Below, in pieces: positions 14,195-25,944 of a stretch of DNA of 64,000 bases (its first letter is position 1; each line of letters opens with the position of its first letter). The notes under the pieces were generated by a model. That model had not been told where the DNA came from, did no database searches, and saw only the letters and a list, made by a program, of their open reading frames with translations. Position numbers and translations under genes: made by a program. This DNA is from Squalus acanthias (Eukaryota): contig CM059438.1 of NCBI GenBank assembly GCA_030390025.1, positions 66,156,001 through 66,220,000 of the forward strand, written 5' to 3'.

Positions 14195-15095
14195 GGAGGG
14201 GGTTTAACCCCCCCCACAAAAGGACGGGTGGGTTGGGGGCGGGTGGCAGGTCAAAATTTTTAATTTCTGAAACCAGACCCCAACCCACCTCCAGCTGCCT
14301 ATTTCTGGTTTTAATGGAGGCGGGCCAGGGGGTGGGCGGCCAATCCGCTCTCAGGAAGTGGGTTGGTCAGTAAAATCTTTTAAGGGGACTGCGTGCCCTC
14401 ATTTTACCTACATTTTTATTTTGAACCAATGTTGGCCGGGATTCCTGCTCCTCAGGAATCCCAGCAGGTAAAATGAGGAGAGACGGGCTGGATCCATGAG
14501 GTAAGTGCATTTACAGCACTGCTTGTGGGTGAGGAGTAGCAGGATGGCTTCCCCTGCAGCCCCCCACCAACCATCTTACCACTTTACACACCCCGCGATC
14601 GGACCCCGTGATGTCTGACTCCCCCGTGATCTTCGACTGCTCACCCCAGCGATCTCCGGCTGCTCACCCACCCACGATCTCCGACTCCCCCCACCCCCCA
14701 CACCATCTCTGACTGCACCCCCCCCCCCCCCCCCGCGATCCCCAACTCCCCCACCCCCACGATCTCCGACTGCCCCCACGATGCGAAGTCCAATTCCCAC
14801 TGTGATCGCCACATCCCCGCCACCCGCAACCCCCCGCCCCCCCCCCGACACCCATGATCTCCGACTCACCTGCCATCCGCTCACTGGCTGCTTTCCCACC
14901 TGTCAATCTAGTTGGCTGTCGAGTTTTGAAACCTTTAGAAAAGTTTAACAACAGGTCCGACTGTTAAATTTGATAGGACCTGTGGGAAACCCGGACTTCC
15001 CATCCGCAAATCCACCACCACCCGGCCCTCGCCCCCCTCCCCCACCCGGCTCTGCCAGCCTGCTCTCCTCCCGGCTCCAAGTAAACATCAGGGGC
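14195..15095. mobile_element. GC-rich non-autonomous DNA element with 3-bp TSD, inserted in an older repeat
   Basis: AAT at 14192-14194 and 15096-15098. The host repeat (GAGAAACCGAGTTAAT|ATTTCAGGTC) is rejoined when the element is removed. Internal degenerate CCCC-GATCTCCGACT tandem units. Same family as about 49060-49815, in opposite orientation. Confidence 0.65.
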
Positions 15096-15189
15096 AATAT
15101 TTCAGGTCAGAATGGTATATTGGATGGTGATCTGCAGCGGAAATCCAGTCTGTTCCACCCCTCTCCCTAACCACGGACTACTGAATTAT

Positions 15190-16190
15190 TTGAGTATTGT
15201 GTGCAGTTTTGGTCGCCTTATCTGAGAAAGGATGTTCTTGCCATGGAGGGAGTGCAGCGAAGATTCACCAGACTGATACCTGGGATGGCAGGAATGACGT
15301 ATGAGGAGAGATTGGGTCGATTGGGCTTGTATTCGCTAGAGTTTAGAAGAATGAGGGGGGATCTCATTGAAACTTATAAAATTCTAACAGGACTAGACAG
15401 ACTAGATGCAGGAAGGATGTTCCCGATGGCAGGGGAGTCCAGAACCAGGGGTCACAGTCTAAGGATAAGGGGTAAGCCATTTAGGACTGAGATGAGGAGG
15501 AATTTCTTCACCCAGAGAGTGGTGAACCTGTGGAATTCTCTACCACAGAAGGCAGTTGAGGCCAATTCATTAAATATATTAAAGAAGGAGTTAGGTATAT
15601 TTCTTCAGGCTAAAGGGTTCAAGGGATATGGGGAGAAAACAGGGACAGGGTACTGAATTTGGATGATCAGCCATAGAAACATAGAAACATAGAAACTAGG
15701 AGCAGGAGTAGGCCATTCGGCCCGTCGAGCCTGCTCCACCATTCAATACGATCATGGCTGATCATCCAAATCCAGTACCCTGTCCCTGCTTTCTCACACA
15801 GAATCCCCACATCGAGCACTGCACCTATCCCACCCTATCCCCGTAACCCCACGTATTTAATTCCCCCTAACATATCCCATCCTATCCCCATAACCCCACA
15901 TATTTAATCCCCCCTGTACACTAAGGGTCAATTTATCATAGCCAAATCAACCTAACCCGCACATTTTTGGACTGTGGGAGGAAACCGGAGCACCCGGAGG
16001 AAACCCACGCAGACACGGGGAGAATGTGCAAACTCCACACAGACAGTCACCCGAGGTCAGATTCGAACCGGGGTCCCTGGCGCTGTGAAGCACCAGTGCT
16101 AACCACTATGCCACCGTGTTGCCATGATCTCATTAAATGATGGAACAGGCTCAAGGGGCCGAATGGCCTGCTCCTGCTCCTATCTTCTAT
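15190..16190 (+). mobile_element. CR1 3' fragment interrupted by a minus-strand SINE plus CR1-tail insertion
   Basis: ORF 15201-15656 is a CR1 C-terminus. Its 3' UTR breaks at GCCAT (15670-15674) and resumes at GCCAT (16121-16125). Confidence 0.85.
15797..16123 (-). mobile_element. HE1-like V-SINE (tRNA-derived)
   Basis: Minus-strand Pol III A box TGGCATAGTGG and B box GGTTCGAATC; V-domain (TGTGGAGTTTGCACATTCTCCCCGTGTCTGCGTGGGTTTCCTCCGGGTGCTCCGGTTTCCTCCCACAGTCCAAA). Confidence 0.85.
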
Positions 16191-16480
16191 TTTCTGATGA
16201 AAGGTAATCGTCCTGAAACTCTGTTTCCCTCTCTCTCCACAGATGCTGCCTAACCTGCTTAGTGTTTTCCAACATTTTCTGTTTTCAAACTGCACTTGAT
16301 GACTTGCGAATAGCAGTGATGTTGGTAATGTGTAAAGATTTATTTTTAATAGAGAAACCACAGGTGAAAGGCCAAGGTCCAAAGTACAGCACAACACCGA
16401 GGTTTAAAATAGTAGGGGAGAAGATGAGGTAAATTAGGAAACGATGGTCAGAAGACACCAAAGATGGGTTTTATAACCTT

Positions 16481-17234
16481 GGGGGTGATTTTGCCATCCC
16501 TGGGGAGGCGGGACTGCCAGGAAAATGGCAGAATCTGGGGGCGGGTACCCATCCCGCCCCCAACCTGCCTCCGTGCCATCTTTCCAGGAGGCGGGTACCC
16601 GACCCGCACCGGGTCCCGTCTCCTCGAGGCGGGAAGTGGATTACAGCCACTTAACTGCCTGTTAACAGATAGTCACCGAGGCGAGCAGTGGGTCTGCGGG
16701 AGACAGAGGGGTACAAAAGTGCGCTGTGGAGGTGAGTGATGGGTGCAAGTGTGGAGAGGTAATTATGTGAGGTGAGTGAAAAGTCTTAGAAAAAGTTTCC
16801 TTACCTTTGTTTCTTCCTGCAGGCTTCAATCGTTGGGGATCTGGAGGCTCCGGCATCTCCATGGCAGAGATGACAGATGGTTGCTGCATTCTCCGATGCA
16901 ACAGCCATCTGATTTCTGCTCAGGAAATAGGTTTGATGAGCCTTGAGTACAAGAACTCAACAAAAAACAGAGAATGTCAGTGTTGGACAGCTTCTCAAAG
17001 CTGTCAAACGATGACAATTCATCTGTCAAACATTTTTGACAGATGAAACGTCATACGCTGAGGTTCTCTGTCACCGGCTTTCCATTAACTGGCCTACTAA
17101 GCCCGCTGGGCGGGCTTAACAAGGTCAATCAAGGGAAAATAGCGTGGGTTGGCCAGACGTCGATGGAGGCGGGACTGAAAACCGACAAGCAGCAGTCCCG
17201 CCTCCATTGCGCCCCCATTGGCAAAATCACCCCT
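16481..17234. mobile_element. Harbinger/PIF-like MITE
   Basis: Perfect 15-bp TIR GGGGTGATTTTGCCA (16482-16496) / TGGCAAAATCACCCC (17219-17233); 3-bp TSD CTT; repeated subterminal GAGGCGGGA motifs. Confidence 0.75.
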
Positions 17235-17359
17235 CTTGTGTCTTACAGAAAGAAGGGAAGACTGGAGGAGATTAGGAGTTCCAGTTTAGAAGTGTAGGGG
17301 AAGTTTGAAGAGGATTTGGTGTAATAACTGTAAAATTCAATGCTGTTTGATGTTATAAA

Positions 17360-17750
17360 TTCTCATTGTTGTTTTCAAATCCCTCCATGGCCTCGCCCCT
17401 CCCTATCTCTGTAACCTCCTCCAGCCCCTACAACCCTCCGAGATCTCTGCACTTCTCCAATTCTGGCCTCCTGCGTATCCCCGATTTTAATCGTTCCACT
17501 ATTGGCAGTCTTGCCTTCAGCTCCCTAGGCCCTAAGCTCTGGAATTCCCTCCCTATAACTCTCCTCCTCTCTACCTCTCTCCTCCTTTAAGACACTACTT
17601 AAAACCTACCTCTTTGACCAAGCTTTTGGTCACCTGTTCTAATACCTCCTTATGTGGCCCGGTGTCAAATTTTGTTTGATAATGCTCTTGTGAAGTGCCT
17701 TGGGACGTTTTACTACGTTAAAGGTGCTATATAAATGCAAGTTGTTGTTG
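17360..17750 (+). mobile_element. L2-type LINE 3' end
   Basis: Translates as FKSLHGLAPPYL-like C-terminus; tail ..GCTATATAAATGCAAGTTGTTGTTG. Confidence 0.75.
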
Positions 17751-18763
17751 TATCTCATTGCACTGAATTTTGGCCATCACATTGGTGGCTTGTGAAGTTT
17801 ATTGCTTAGCTGGGTCTTGCAGCTCACCAACATTACCTGAAAACCCGAATTAAAGTTGCCACATAGCAACAGTACAACTGATTCTATAAAAGTGCCCAGT
17901 GAGTGATTTCAGGCTAACCTGTGGGTCTAAGCGATAGTTCTCACATTTCCCTTAGTTTATGGTTCCATATGATCTCCAGCACTGCTTGGTATCCATTATT
18001 TTATACTTAAGTTAAGTTGGGAAATAACTTTTAAGCAACAGCTGTCAGAATCAAAGGAACGCAGCTGTAAATGGTCAAAGATGCATATACCCCACAGTCA
18101 GCGGAACCTGCTCCTTCTCCTGCCATGCAGGTCACCAGAGGCTGCTAGGCATCGTTGCAGCTTCTGGGATCAGCTAGTGGGGAGTATTGGCTACCATCCC
18201 CATCAGCCCTAATACAGGAAATTCTTGCTCCGAACCTATTCTCGTGTGTTGAGCCAACTAGCAATTCACTCCTCCACCTGCACCATTTTAGTCTTGGTGC
18301 AATGTGCACCTCACTTGAACTACCTTCGAGAGAGAGAGAGATTAATGCGACATATTAAAATTGCCAGGCTGTTCGTCGTCTTAATAACAGCACACTGACA
18401 GAAGCAAGCCTATTACACTGCATGAATTAAAACTGTAATAGTGTTCCAGTCAGGAGCCGGGTTCTTACATATATAAATAAGCGTCCCCTTACCAAAACAG
18501 CATCTTCCTGCAAGCTCAAATGAATCTTTCGAGGATTTAATTTCTCTGTTCTGCGGCTATTTGTTTCTTGAAATATTCGATCCTTTTGTGGAGCTTAATT
18601 GCTCTGAAGAGTTCTGCTGTTAAAGGAGGTGAGGTATTGTTTTGAGCTCGGCACTGGGTAAGCCTGCTCACGCCTAAGCTGACCACCCGTTTTGTATTCC
18701 GGTGGCAGTAGCTGAATTAAATAAAATCAATAATGCCTTTTCCTTTGCTTTCTGCGCCTGTAG

Positions 18764-19000
18764 GACTCCAGGTTGTTCTTCCTGAATACCTGAGGGAGAA
18801 GTTTGTGCAGTCAGCCCTGAGCTACATCATGTGCAATGGAGAGGGTGAATACATCTGTAAAAACAGTCAGTGCGCTTGTCAATGTGCAATGGAATTCCCA
18901 CAGTGCAACTGTCCTATCACCGACATCCAGATCATGGAAAATACATTGGCTGGACTTTCCGAGGCCTGGAATACGGCTTATAAAGATTTTGAAACGTCAG
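18764..19000 (+). CDS. BRINP1: BRINP1 internal coding exon (237 nt; equivalent to human exon 6)
   Basis: Pyrimidine tract plus TAG acceptor at 18761-18763 and GTAAAT donor at 19001. Translates (G)[46 protein letters not shown](D), matching BRINP1 as I recall it. Phase 1-1. Confidence 0.95.
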
Positions 19001-19379
19001 GTAAATTAAACAAATATTGAGAGTTCTCCTGGGATAAAAATCCACATTTTCAAAAATTCTGTGTTACACAGCTTAAAGGGGCAGGGGCTATTCGAATAAA
19101 TACTGTTGCCAGATTCTCACATTGACGGTCCTTTCTGCCCTTACTTTTAAAGTTTACCTTTTCATCTCACTTGCCTTAAGTACCCAGCAGCCAGAATGGT
19201 GCCCAAACATGTGACGTTTCTGGATTTGTTCCAAGAAATGAGCCTTTCCAAAAAAAACAGCCCTCAGCAAGTGACGGAGCCTCTTTAATTTAATGGCCAC
19301 TGTGATTGATGTTTGTCTTTTTCTTTCCTGTTTCAAATGATGTATTGGCTCCAAAGTGCAGTTCACAAATCGAGCAAAG

Positions 19380-19700
19380 CTCTTGTGACTTAGTGGTAAA
19401 TGCATCAAGTTTGATCCCATGTCTGTGCTGATCTGACTTGGGGCAGCAATTAAAATCCCACAGTTGACCTCGACACCCCATTTAGGGAGGGGGGAAATCA
19501 ACCATGTTTCCTGTCCCTGATTGTCACCCAGTGACCCCTGTTAGAAAGAGCGCATGTGCGGATATCGGGGATGGTGGGATGGGACTTGACTTTGATGTCC
19601 CCTGTTTGAGTAATTTGCCGACACTCATTGCAGGCTCACAAAATGGCCACTTGGATGAGGCACCTACAGATTTATAACCCCACCTGAGTCAGCATCTGAA
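19380..19700 (+). repeat. Old tRNA-headed SINE-like repeat family (unassigned)
   Basis: A/B-box-like head followed by ..CCTGATTGTCACCCAGTGACCCCTG..AATGGCCACTTGG. Diverged copies lie at about 1900-2165, 12380-12630, 18080-18260, 45050-45360, 46120-46550 and 61180-61340. Confidence 0.5.
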
Positions 19701-20355
19701 GGAGAACAAGATGAGGAAATACACAGAGAAGGGCTGCAGGCCTCATTTCATTTCCATCATGTCGAAGGCTGTCGTAAATCACTTGTGTCATCGGTGCTGA
19801 TAATTTATTGGCCTTTCACACCCATGAAACAACACCATTAACTCACTCTAACAAAATACTTAGTTCTTGATTGTACTGAGGTGACTGAGGTGTGACATCC
19901 CATCAAACAGTAAATTTCTGAACTCCTCACATCCTGCTGATGTTATTTGAGCATCTGGTAGCTACTTGACTGGAACCACAGAGTTGTGAAGAGATTGTCT
20001 GATTTATGATGCTGCAGGACACTTGCCCTGAGCCCTTTTTCTTTTAACTATGAATCTGGAAATTGTGAGCAAATAAATTCAGTGGACATAACCATTTGAT
20101 ACCCTGTGTTGTGCCACGATGGTGGGACAGGTACTCGTGCCCATGGTTGGTTTCCCATCTGTGCCTGGCATGAGGTGTTTTCAGCCATCTTAGCCCCACT
20201 CTCCAGCACTTCCTCCCCAAACGCTTCACCATGCCTCCTCAAAATCCGCTTCTTTGAACATGCCTTTGATCACCTCTGCTAGCTGCCAGCAGCTGCTGGT
20301 CAGAGTCCATTTTTGCCTTTGGGATGTTTAGGGTAGAGAAAACACTATGTAAATT

Positions 20356-20820
20356 CAAGATAGAAAGAGCTTGCACTTATAAAGCGCCTTTCCCGATCTC
20401 AGGACGTCCCAAAGCGCTTTACAGTCAATTAAGTACTTTTGAAGCGTAGTCACTGTTGTAATGTAGGAAACGCAGCAGGTAATGTGCGCACAGCAAGATC
20501 CCACAAACAGATATAATGACCAGACAATCTGTTTTTTAGTGAGTGTTGATTGAGGGATAAATATTGGCCAGGACACTTGGCAGACTTCCCTTGCTCTTCT
20601 TCGAAATAGTGCCATGGGATCTTTTACGTCCACCTGAGAGGGCAGACGGGGCCTCGGTTTAACGTCTCATCCGAACGATGGTACCACCGACAGTGCAGCG
20701 TTCCCTCAGTACCGCACTGGATTGTCAGCCTAGATTGTGTGCTCAAGTCTCTGGAGTGGGACTTGATCCCACAACCTCCTAACTCAACAAGAGTGCTGCC
20801 ACCAAGTCACAGCTGACACC
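20356..20820 (-). mobile_element. Deu-domain SINE (SacSINE1/AmnSINE1-related)
   Basis: tRNA-like head, central GGACGTAAAAGATCCCATGGCACTATTTCGAAGAAGAGC..CCTGGCCAATATTTATCCCTCAA, and an L2-like 3' tail. Confidence 0.75.
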
Positions 20821-21012
20821 GATGCAAGCTGTTGTCGAGGTGTTGGCCAGAAGTTGGGTGGTCCCATGCAGATTGCGAGTGAAGATTCTAGTCCTGGATG
20901 CTCCCGTGCTTTCCAGTTACCGACAGAGGGTGACAGAAACCTGGGAGTCAGCTGTACTCCCAGATGCCCAGTCATGGCTTGTGTCGGGCAAACCGAGAGG
21001 AGAAACAGAATA

Positions 21013-21282
21013 CAGGGATCCCTCCCCAACCGCGGGGGATACGTCCCTGAAAACCCCCGTGGTTAGTAAAACCGCGGTTGACAAATACAGTATAAATGTT
21101 CAAATAACACAATAAAAAAGAATTATAAAAGCAATAAAATCATGTTATTTACCTTAATCCTAAATTAAAAACCGCGTATACGCAGAATTCACTGCCGCGG
21201 TTGGCAAAAGTTGTCGCAGAGAGGAAACCGTGTATACTTGAAATCCGCGTCTGGCAAAACCGTGGTTGGGGCGGGATTCCTG
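21013..21282. mobile_element. Tc1/mariner (Tigger/pogo-like) MITE
   Basis: TA flanks at 21011-21012 and 21283-21284; about 23-bp TIRs CAGGGATCCCTCCCCAACCGCGG / CCGTGGTTGGGGCGGGATTCCTG; repeated AACCGCGG subterminal motifs; AT-rich centre. Confidence 0.8.
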
Positions 21283-21802
21283 TAACTGATATCTGGAGAA
21301 TACTGGATCAGTGCACTCTGAATTTGTGTCTTATGTCTGAACGAGGTGCCAGCTATGGAATGGTACCTCATGGTATTTGGTGAGTGTACGTCATGGCAGT
21401 TGACAGTACTTTAAACTGGAAGATGGCTGTCCACACTTGTGAAGGCAGACCTGCGCCTGGCACAGTATAGTGATTGCGCTCAGCACTTGCTGTTGCTATG
21501 GCACGGTGCTAAGATTTTAAAGTGGGCCTGGAACATGTGGCACTATTATGATTTGGCATGGTGTTGGCTTGCTGTGGCAAATTCCTGCAAATGACAGCAC
21601 TTACGGCGCAACCTTGATTTGTTGCCCAGGTACCATAACCTTGCATTAAAAAGTCACACAGTGAAAATACCAGATTTTGAGCACTGCAACGTGTTTAAAA
21701 TGTAGATAGACTCATTTCAGAATCAGAGATGTAGGATTAAAATTCTCCTGTGTCGTTGAAGGACTTTCTCATTTAATGTCCACCTGTCGCATTTCCTTCC
21801 AG

Positions 21803-22025
21803 ATGAATTCAAGTCCTTCTTGAAGCGTTTGCCCACCACGCACTTCCTGATGGTGGGGAGTGTCCACCAGCTCTGGGGCAATGACTGGGATCTCCAGGCA
21901 CGGTACAAAATGCTCCAGAGCTCCGTGGAGACGTTGAAGCTGAAAATCCAGCGCACTGCCCGCAAGCTCTTCAGCCTCAGTATCCGCTGCCGTCACAACC
22001 CCAACCATCAGATGCCTCGAGAAAG
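21803..22025 (+). CDS. BRINP1: BRINP1 internal coding exon (223 nt; equivalent to human exon 7)
   Basis: TTCCTTCCAG acceptor and GTAAGG donor at 22026. Translates (D)[50 protein letters not shown](R), in frame with both neighbouring exons. Confidence 0.95.
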
Positions 22026-22269
22026 GTAAGGGACACGTGAAATGGTTGCAAAGCTGACGGGGGTGGGGGGGGGGGAATGTAGAATTTTCAGTCAGGAGCG
22101 AGGCGTTGTTGTTTTCACCCCATGGAACTACAATACCCGGGAGTTCACCATGATAACCCACAGCACTTGAACATCCAGCCAGTAAACAGACGGGTAGAAG
22201 TTGTATCTCCTGATTTCCACAGAGCTTCTCCCACTCTGACCACAGTGCTACTACCTTCAACCTCAACAA

Positions 22270-22576
22270 CATCACAGAATCCCCACAGTGCAGATAGAGG
22301 CCATTTCGGCCCATCGAGCCTGCACCGACACATATCCCACCCTATCCCCACGTATTTAATCCCCCCCTAACACTAAGGGTCAATTTATCATAGCCAAATC
22401 AACCTAACCCGCACATCTTTGGACTGTGGGAGGAAACCGGAGCACCCGGAGGAAACCCACGCAGACACGGGGAGAATGTGCAAACTCCACACAGACAGTC
22501 ACCTGAGGCCGGATTCGAACCCGGGTCCCTGGCGCTGTGAGGCAACAGTGCTAACCACTATGCCACCGTGTTGCCC
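22270..22576 (-). mobile_element. HE1-like V-SINE
   Basis: Near-identical to 15797-16123; A box and B box (GGTTCGAATCC) on the minus strand. Confidence 0.85.
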
Positions 22577-22589
22577 TTACTTATACTTG

Positions 22590-23090
22590 TACTTATATAG
22601 CGCCTTTAACGTAGTAAAACGTCCCAAGGTGCTGCACAGGAGTATTTTAAGACAACAAATTTGACACCGAGCCACATCAGGATAAATTAGGGCAGGTGAC
22701 CAAAAGCTTGGTCAAAGAGGTAGGTTTTAAGGAGCGTCTTAAAGGAGGAAAGAGAGGTAGCGAGGCAGACAGGTTTAGGCAGGGAATTCCAGAGCTTAGG
22801 GCCTAGGCAACAGAAGGCAAGGCCACCAAAGGTTGAGCGATTATAATCAGGGATCCTCAAGAGGGCAGATTTAGAGGAGCGCAGATATCTCGGTGGGGGT
22901 TGTGGGGCTGAAGGAGATTACAGAGATAGGGAGGGGGCGAGGCCAAGGAGGGATTTGAAAACAAGGATGAGAATTTTTAAATCAAGGTGCTGGTTAACCG
23001 GGAGCCAATGTAGGTCAGCGAGCACAGGGGTGATGGGCGAACGGGACCTGGTGCGAGTTAGGACATGGGCAGCCGAGTTTGGAATGAACT
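22590..23090 (-). mobile_element. L2-type LINE 3' fragment
   Basis: Minus ORF includes NSAAHVLTRTRSRSPITPVLADLHWLPV..KILILVFKSL, typical of the L2 ORF2 C-terminus. Confidence 0.85.
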
Positions 23091-23689
23091 TCAATTGTCC
23101 AAGCAAACGGATTATTTGCTGAGCTTCCATTGACGTTATGGCAGTAGTTTCGGAGGAAATCTGAGGAAATGCCTCTCTTTTATGTACCTGTGACAGAGAT
23201 GCATCATTCTACTCTTTTGGAAGTCTGGGTGCCCCCTGCCTTACCGCCTGGCGCTTCCAACGACCAGAAGACTGGAACGCTATCAATCCCTATGGGGCTG
23301 GGGGGGGCGCTATTTAAAGGGGACCTCTTCCTGTCTTTTATTGTTGGTGGCATTTTTGAACTACGCATTCTGAGAGAGAGAGGGAGAGACTTCTGGAGAG
23401 ATTCAACGTTGTGTGAAGGAGTTTTGGGTACTGAGCAGCACTTTGCAGGTTCATTTTGATTTGCCATTCCTTGTATCGATTTAGCAGAGACTGTGGGAGC
23501 TGCACTCTGAGCTCTTTGCCTGGTACGCTCCATTGTTCTTTCCAGCACATTTGATGTGCAAGTCTCTCCAGGCCGAGATTCAAGGCAGCAATGAACAGGA
23601 TGTGGATGGAAAGCAAGATTAACCATCCCCTTTAAGAACTGGCCCGTGCCATTGTGTGTGTGTTCCATTGCTGACTGACATTACATGAG

Positions 23690-23895
23690 CTTCGCCAGCG
23701 CTCCGAGTTAGCGCCTCACTGCTCGGCCTTTGCGCCTTAAGAGAGGTGTGCAGCGCCTGCTTTAGCGCTCCACTCACCTCCCGGGGCGGTAAAAGTGAAG
23801 TTTCCTGTCAGTGCCGATAATTAGCGCCAGGCGCTAATATTTGCGTCCGGACGATATTTGCGCCCCAAATGGGGCGCGACCTAATTTCTACCCCC
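23690..23895. mobile_element. End of a GC-rich MITE (same family as 25945-26595 and 51565-51959)
   Basis: Repeated TTAGCGC/GCGCTAA motifs; terminus AATTTCTACCCCC. Confidence 0.55.
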
Positions 23896-24059
23896 AACAG
23901 TTTTATTTGAAATCACAAGCTTTCGGAGCTATCGATTGCTCCTTCCTCAGGTGAAGTCACTTCACCTGAGGAAGGAGCAATCGATAGCTCCGAAAGCTTG
24001 TGATTTCAAATAAAACTGTTGGACTATAACCTGGTGTTGTGCGACCTCTCAATTTTGTC
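23894..24059. mobile_element. Palindromic Penelope-like element remnant (inverted pLTR pair)
   Basis: Perfect 64-bp arms (23894-23957 / 23959-24022) with a 1-nt spacer; same family as 43751-43969 and 55381-55726. Confidence 0.8.
23962..24003 (+). ncRNA. Minimal type-I hammerhead ribozyme motif (mirrored on the minus strand)
   Basis: UCAC-CUGAGGA-A-GGAGC(AAUCGAUA)GCUCC-GAAA-GC-UU/GUGA; predicted cleavage between 23999 and 24000. Confidence 0.7.
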
Positions 24060-24489
24060 TTATAATAACCAGGCAGAAAATTCACAAATAACAACAGTGG
24101 GGGTTTGAAGTGGTGATAAAAGAACCATCACAAATCAAGGTTTCATTTTTTTTTTAGAATTTTATGCCGATAAATCAAAATGTTAAGCTAATAGTGTTGT
24201 CAGGGATAAATAATGACTTTTTTTGTCTTATTCTGGGGAACTAATGTTGAAATGGTGAGAAAAAAAGGTGTTTTTTCCAATCATGTAAATAACTGAGAAA
24301 AAGAAGGCAGGTTTAGGAGAGGGAGGCGAGAAGATTAAACAAAAATGAATGTACTTATTCCTTCAGCAAATACTGTAAATTCACCGGGAGCTAGATCAAA
24401 AAACAATTTGAATGTAAATAATTAAAAGTAGGTTTTGAGGAAGGAAGAATGAAACTAGTTATTTGCAGTTAATGCAGGTTTTGTAAACT

Positions 24490-25725
24490 GATGGGTACAG
24501 TAGCATGGATTGTGGATTGGTTAACAGACAGAAAACAGAGTAGGGATAAAAGGGTCATTTTCAGGTTGGCAGGGTGTAACTAGTGGGGTGCCGCAAGGAT
24601 CAGTGCTTGGGCCTCAGCTATTTACAATCTATATCAGTGACTTAGATGAGGGGAACCGAGTGTAATATACCCAAGTTTGCTGACGATACAAAGCTAGGTG
24701 GAAAAGTGAGCTGTGAGGAGGTCGCAAAGAAGCTTCAAAGGGATGCAAGGAGCAATATCTTGCTATCTAGAGCTTGCTAATTGTGACAGACTGACGATTA
24801 GGCTCCAGGCTTCATTAGATGAAGCTTGCTCTTGGACTAGGCCGCCTCCTACAGTCTGTGCGATAATGATCCGCACTCCGACCAAATCCAAGGGTTCATT
24901 TAAGTGATTGGGCAAGAAGGTGGCAGATGGAGTATAATGGGGGGGGGGGAAATGTGAAATTCTCTACCTTGGTAGGAAGAAGGGAAAAGCAGAATATTTT
25001 AAAAAAGGTGTGAGACTAGTAAATGTTGGGATTCAGAGATATTTGCGGGGGGGGGGAGACTCCTTGTACACAAATCACAGAAAGTTAACGTGCAGGTACA
25101 GCAAGTAATTCGGAAGGTAAATGGTATGTTAGCCTTTATTGCAAGAGGGTTGGAGTATAAGAGTAAGGAAGTCTTGCTGCAATTATATCGGGCTTTGGCG
25201 AGACCACACCTGGAGTATTGTGTACAGTTTTGATCTCCTTACCTAAGCAAAGATATACTTGCCTTAGAGGGAGTGATTCCTGGGATGAGAGGGCTGTCCT
25301 ATGAGGAAAGATTGGGTAGATTGGGCCTATATTCTCTGCAGTTTAGAACAATGAGAGGTCATCTCCGTGAAATGTATAAAATTCTTAGAGGGCTTGACAG
25401 GGTAGATGCTGAGAGTTTCTCCTGGCTGGAGAGTCTAGAACTAGGGGGTTGCCAATTTAGGACTGATAGGAGGAGAAATTTCTTCATCAGAGGGTTGTGA
25501 ATCTTTGGAATTCTCTACCTCAGAGGGCTGTGGATGCTCAGTCGATGAGTATATTCAAGACTGAGATTGATAGATTTATGGCCACTAAGGGAATCAAGGG
25601 ATATGGGGATAGTGCAGGAAAGTGGAGTTGATGAAGAAGATCAGCCATGATCTTATTGAATGGCGGAGCAGGCTCGCTGGGCCATATGACCTACTCCAGC
25701 TCCTATTGCTTATGTTCTTATGTAC
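24490..25725 (+). mobile_element. Degraded CR1 LINE (RT to 3' tail) containing an unrelated insert of about 155 nt
   Basis: [10 protein letters not shown] and KFADDTKLGG motifs, CR1 C-terminus, tail CTTATGTTCTTATG. Confidence 0.85.
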
Positions 25726-25944
25726 ATTGTTTTACACATATTTGTGAGGCCTTGTATCCTTTAGTTCACAGTAAGATGTGAAATATTTTACATTATGTTA
25801 GTCTTATGATAGACTTCAGTACATTTTCTGCATTTGAGCAATGGACAAAATGTGATTGTGTTTTCACTGCCGCAGAGCTGAATTCTTTGTCTCGGGTTCC
25901 CCTTGAACATTGCCAAGGGAGATCTAATAGTTTATAGAGTCATA

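Noticed and set aside
14576..14951. Gly/Pro-rich ORFs here and at 48710-49603 and 52589-52994
   Set aside because: Translations of low-complexity G/C tracts inside TIR elements.
16050..16123. tRNA genes suggested by A/B boxes (also near 22500-22576, 36330 and 56000)
   Set aside because: They continue into SINE bodies and I found no complete cloverleaf; these are SINE heads.
1..18763. An upstream BRINP1 exon (TETRTGPLGC..-type)
   Set aside because: Not found by eye or in the ORF track. It probably lies before the window, but a roughly 100-nt exon could be missed; TBLASTN would settle it.
23894..24022. CRISPR array, rho-independent terminator or conventional miRNA hairpin interpretation of the palindromes
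   Set aside because: The context is eukaryotic, there is no repeat-spacer periodicity, and dispersed homologous copies with TSDs indicate a mobile element.
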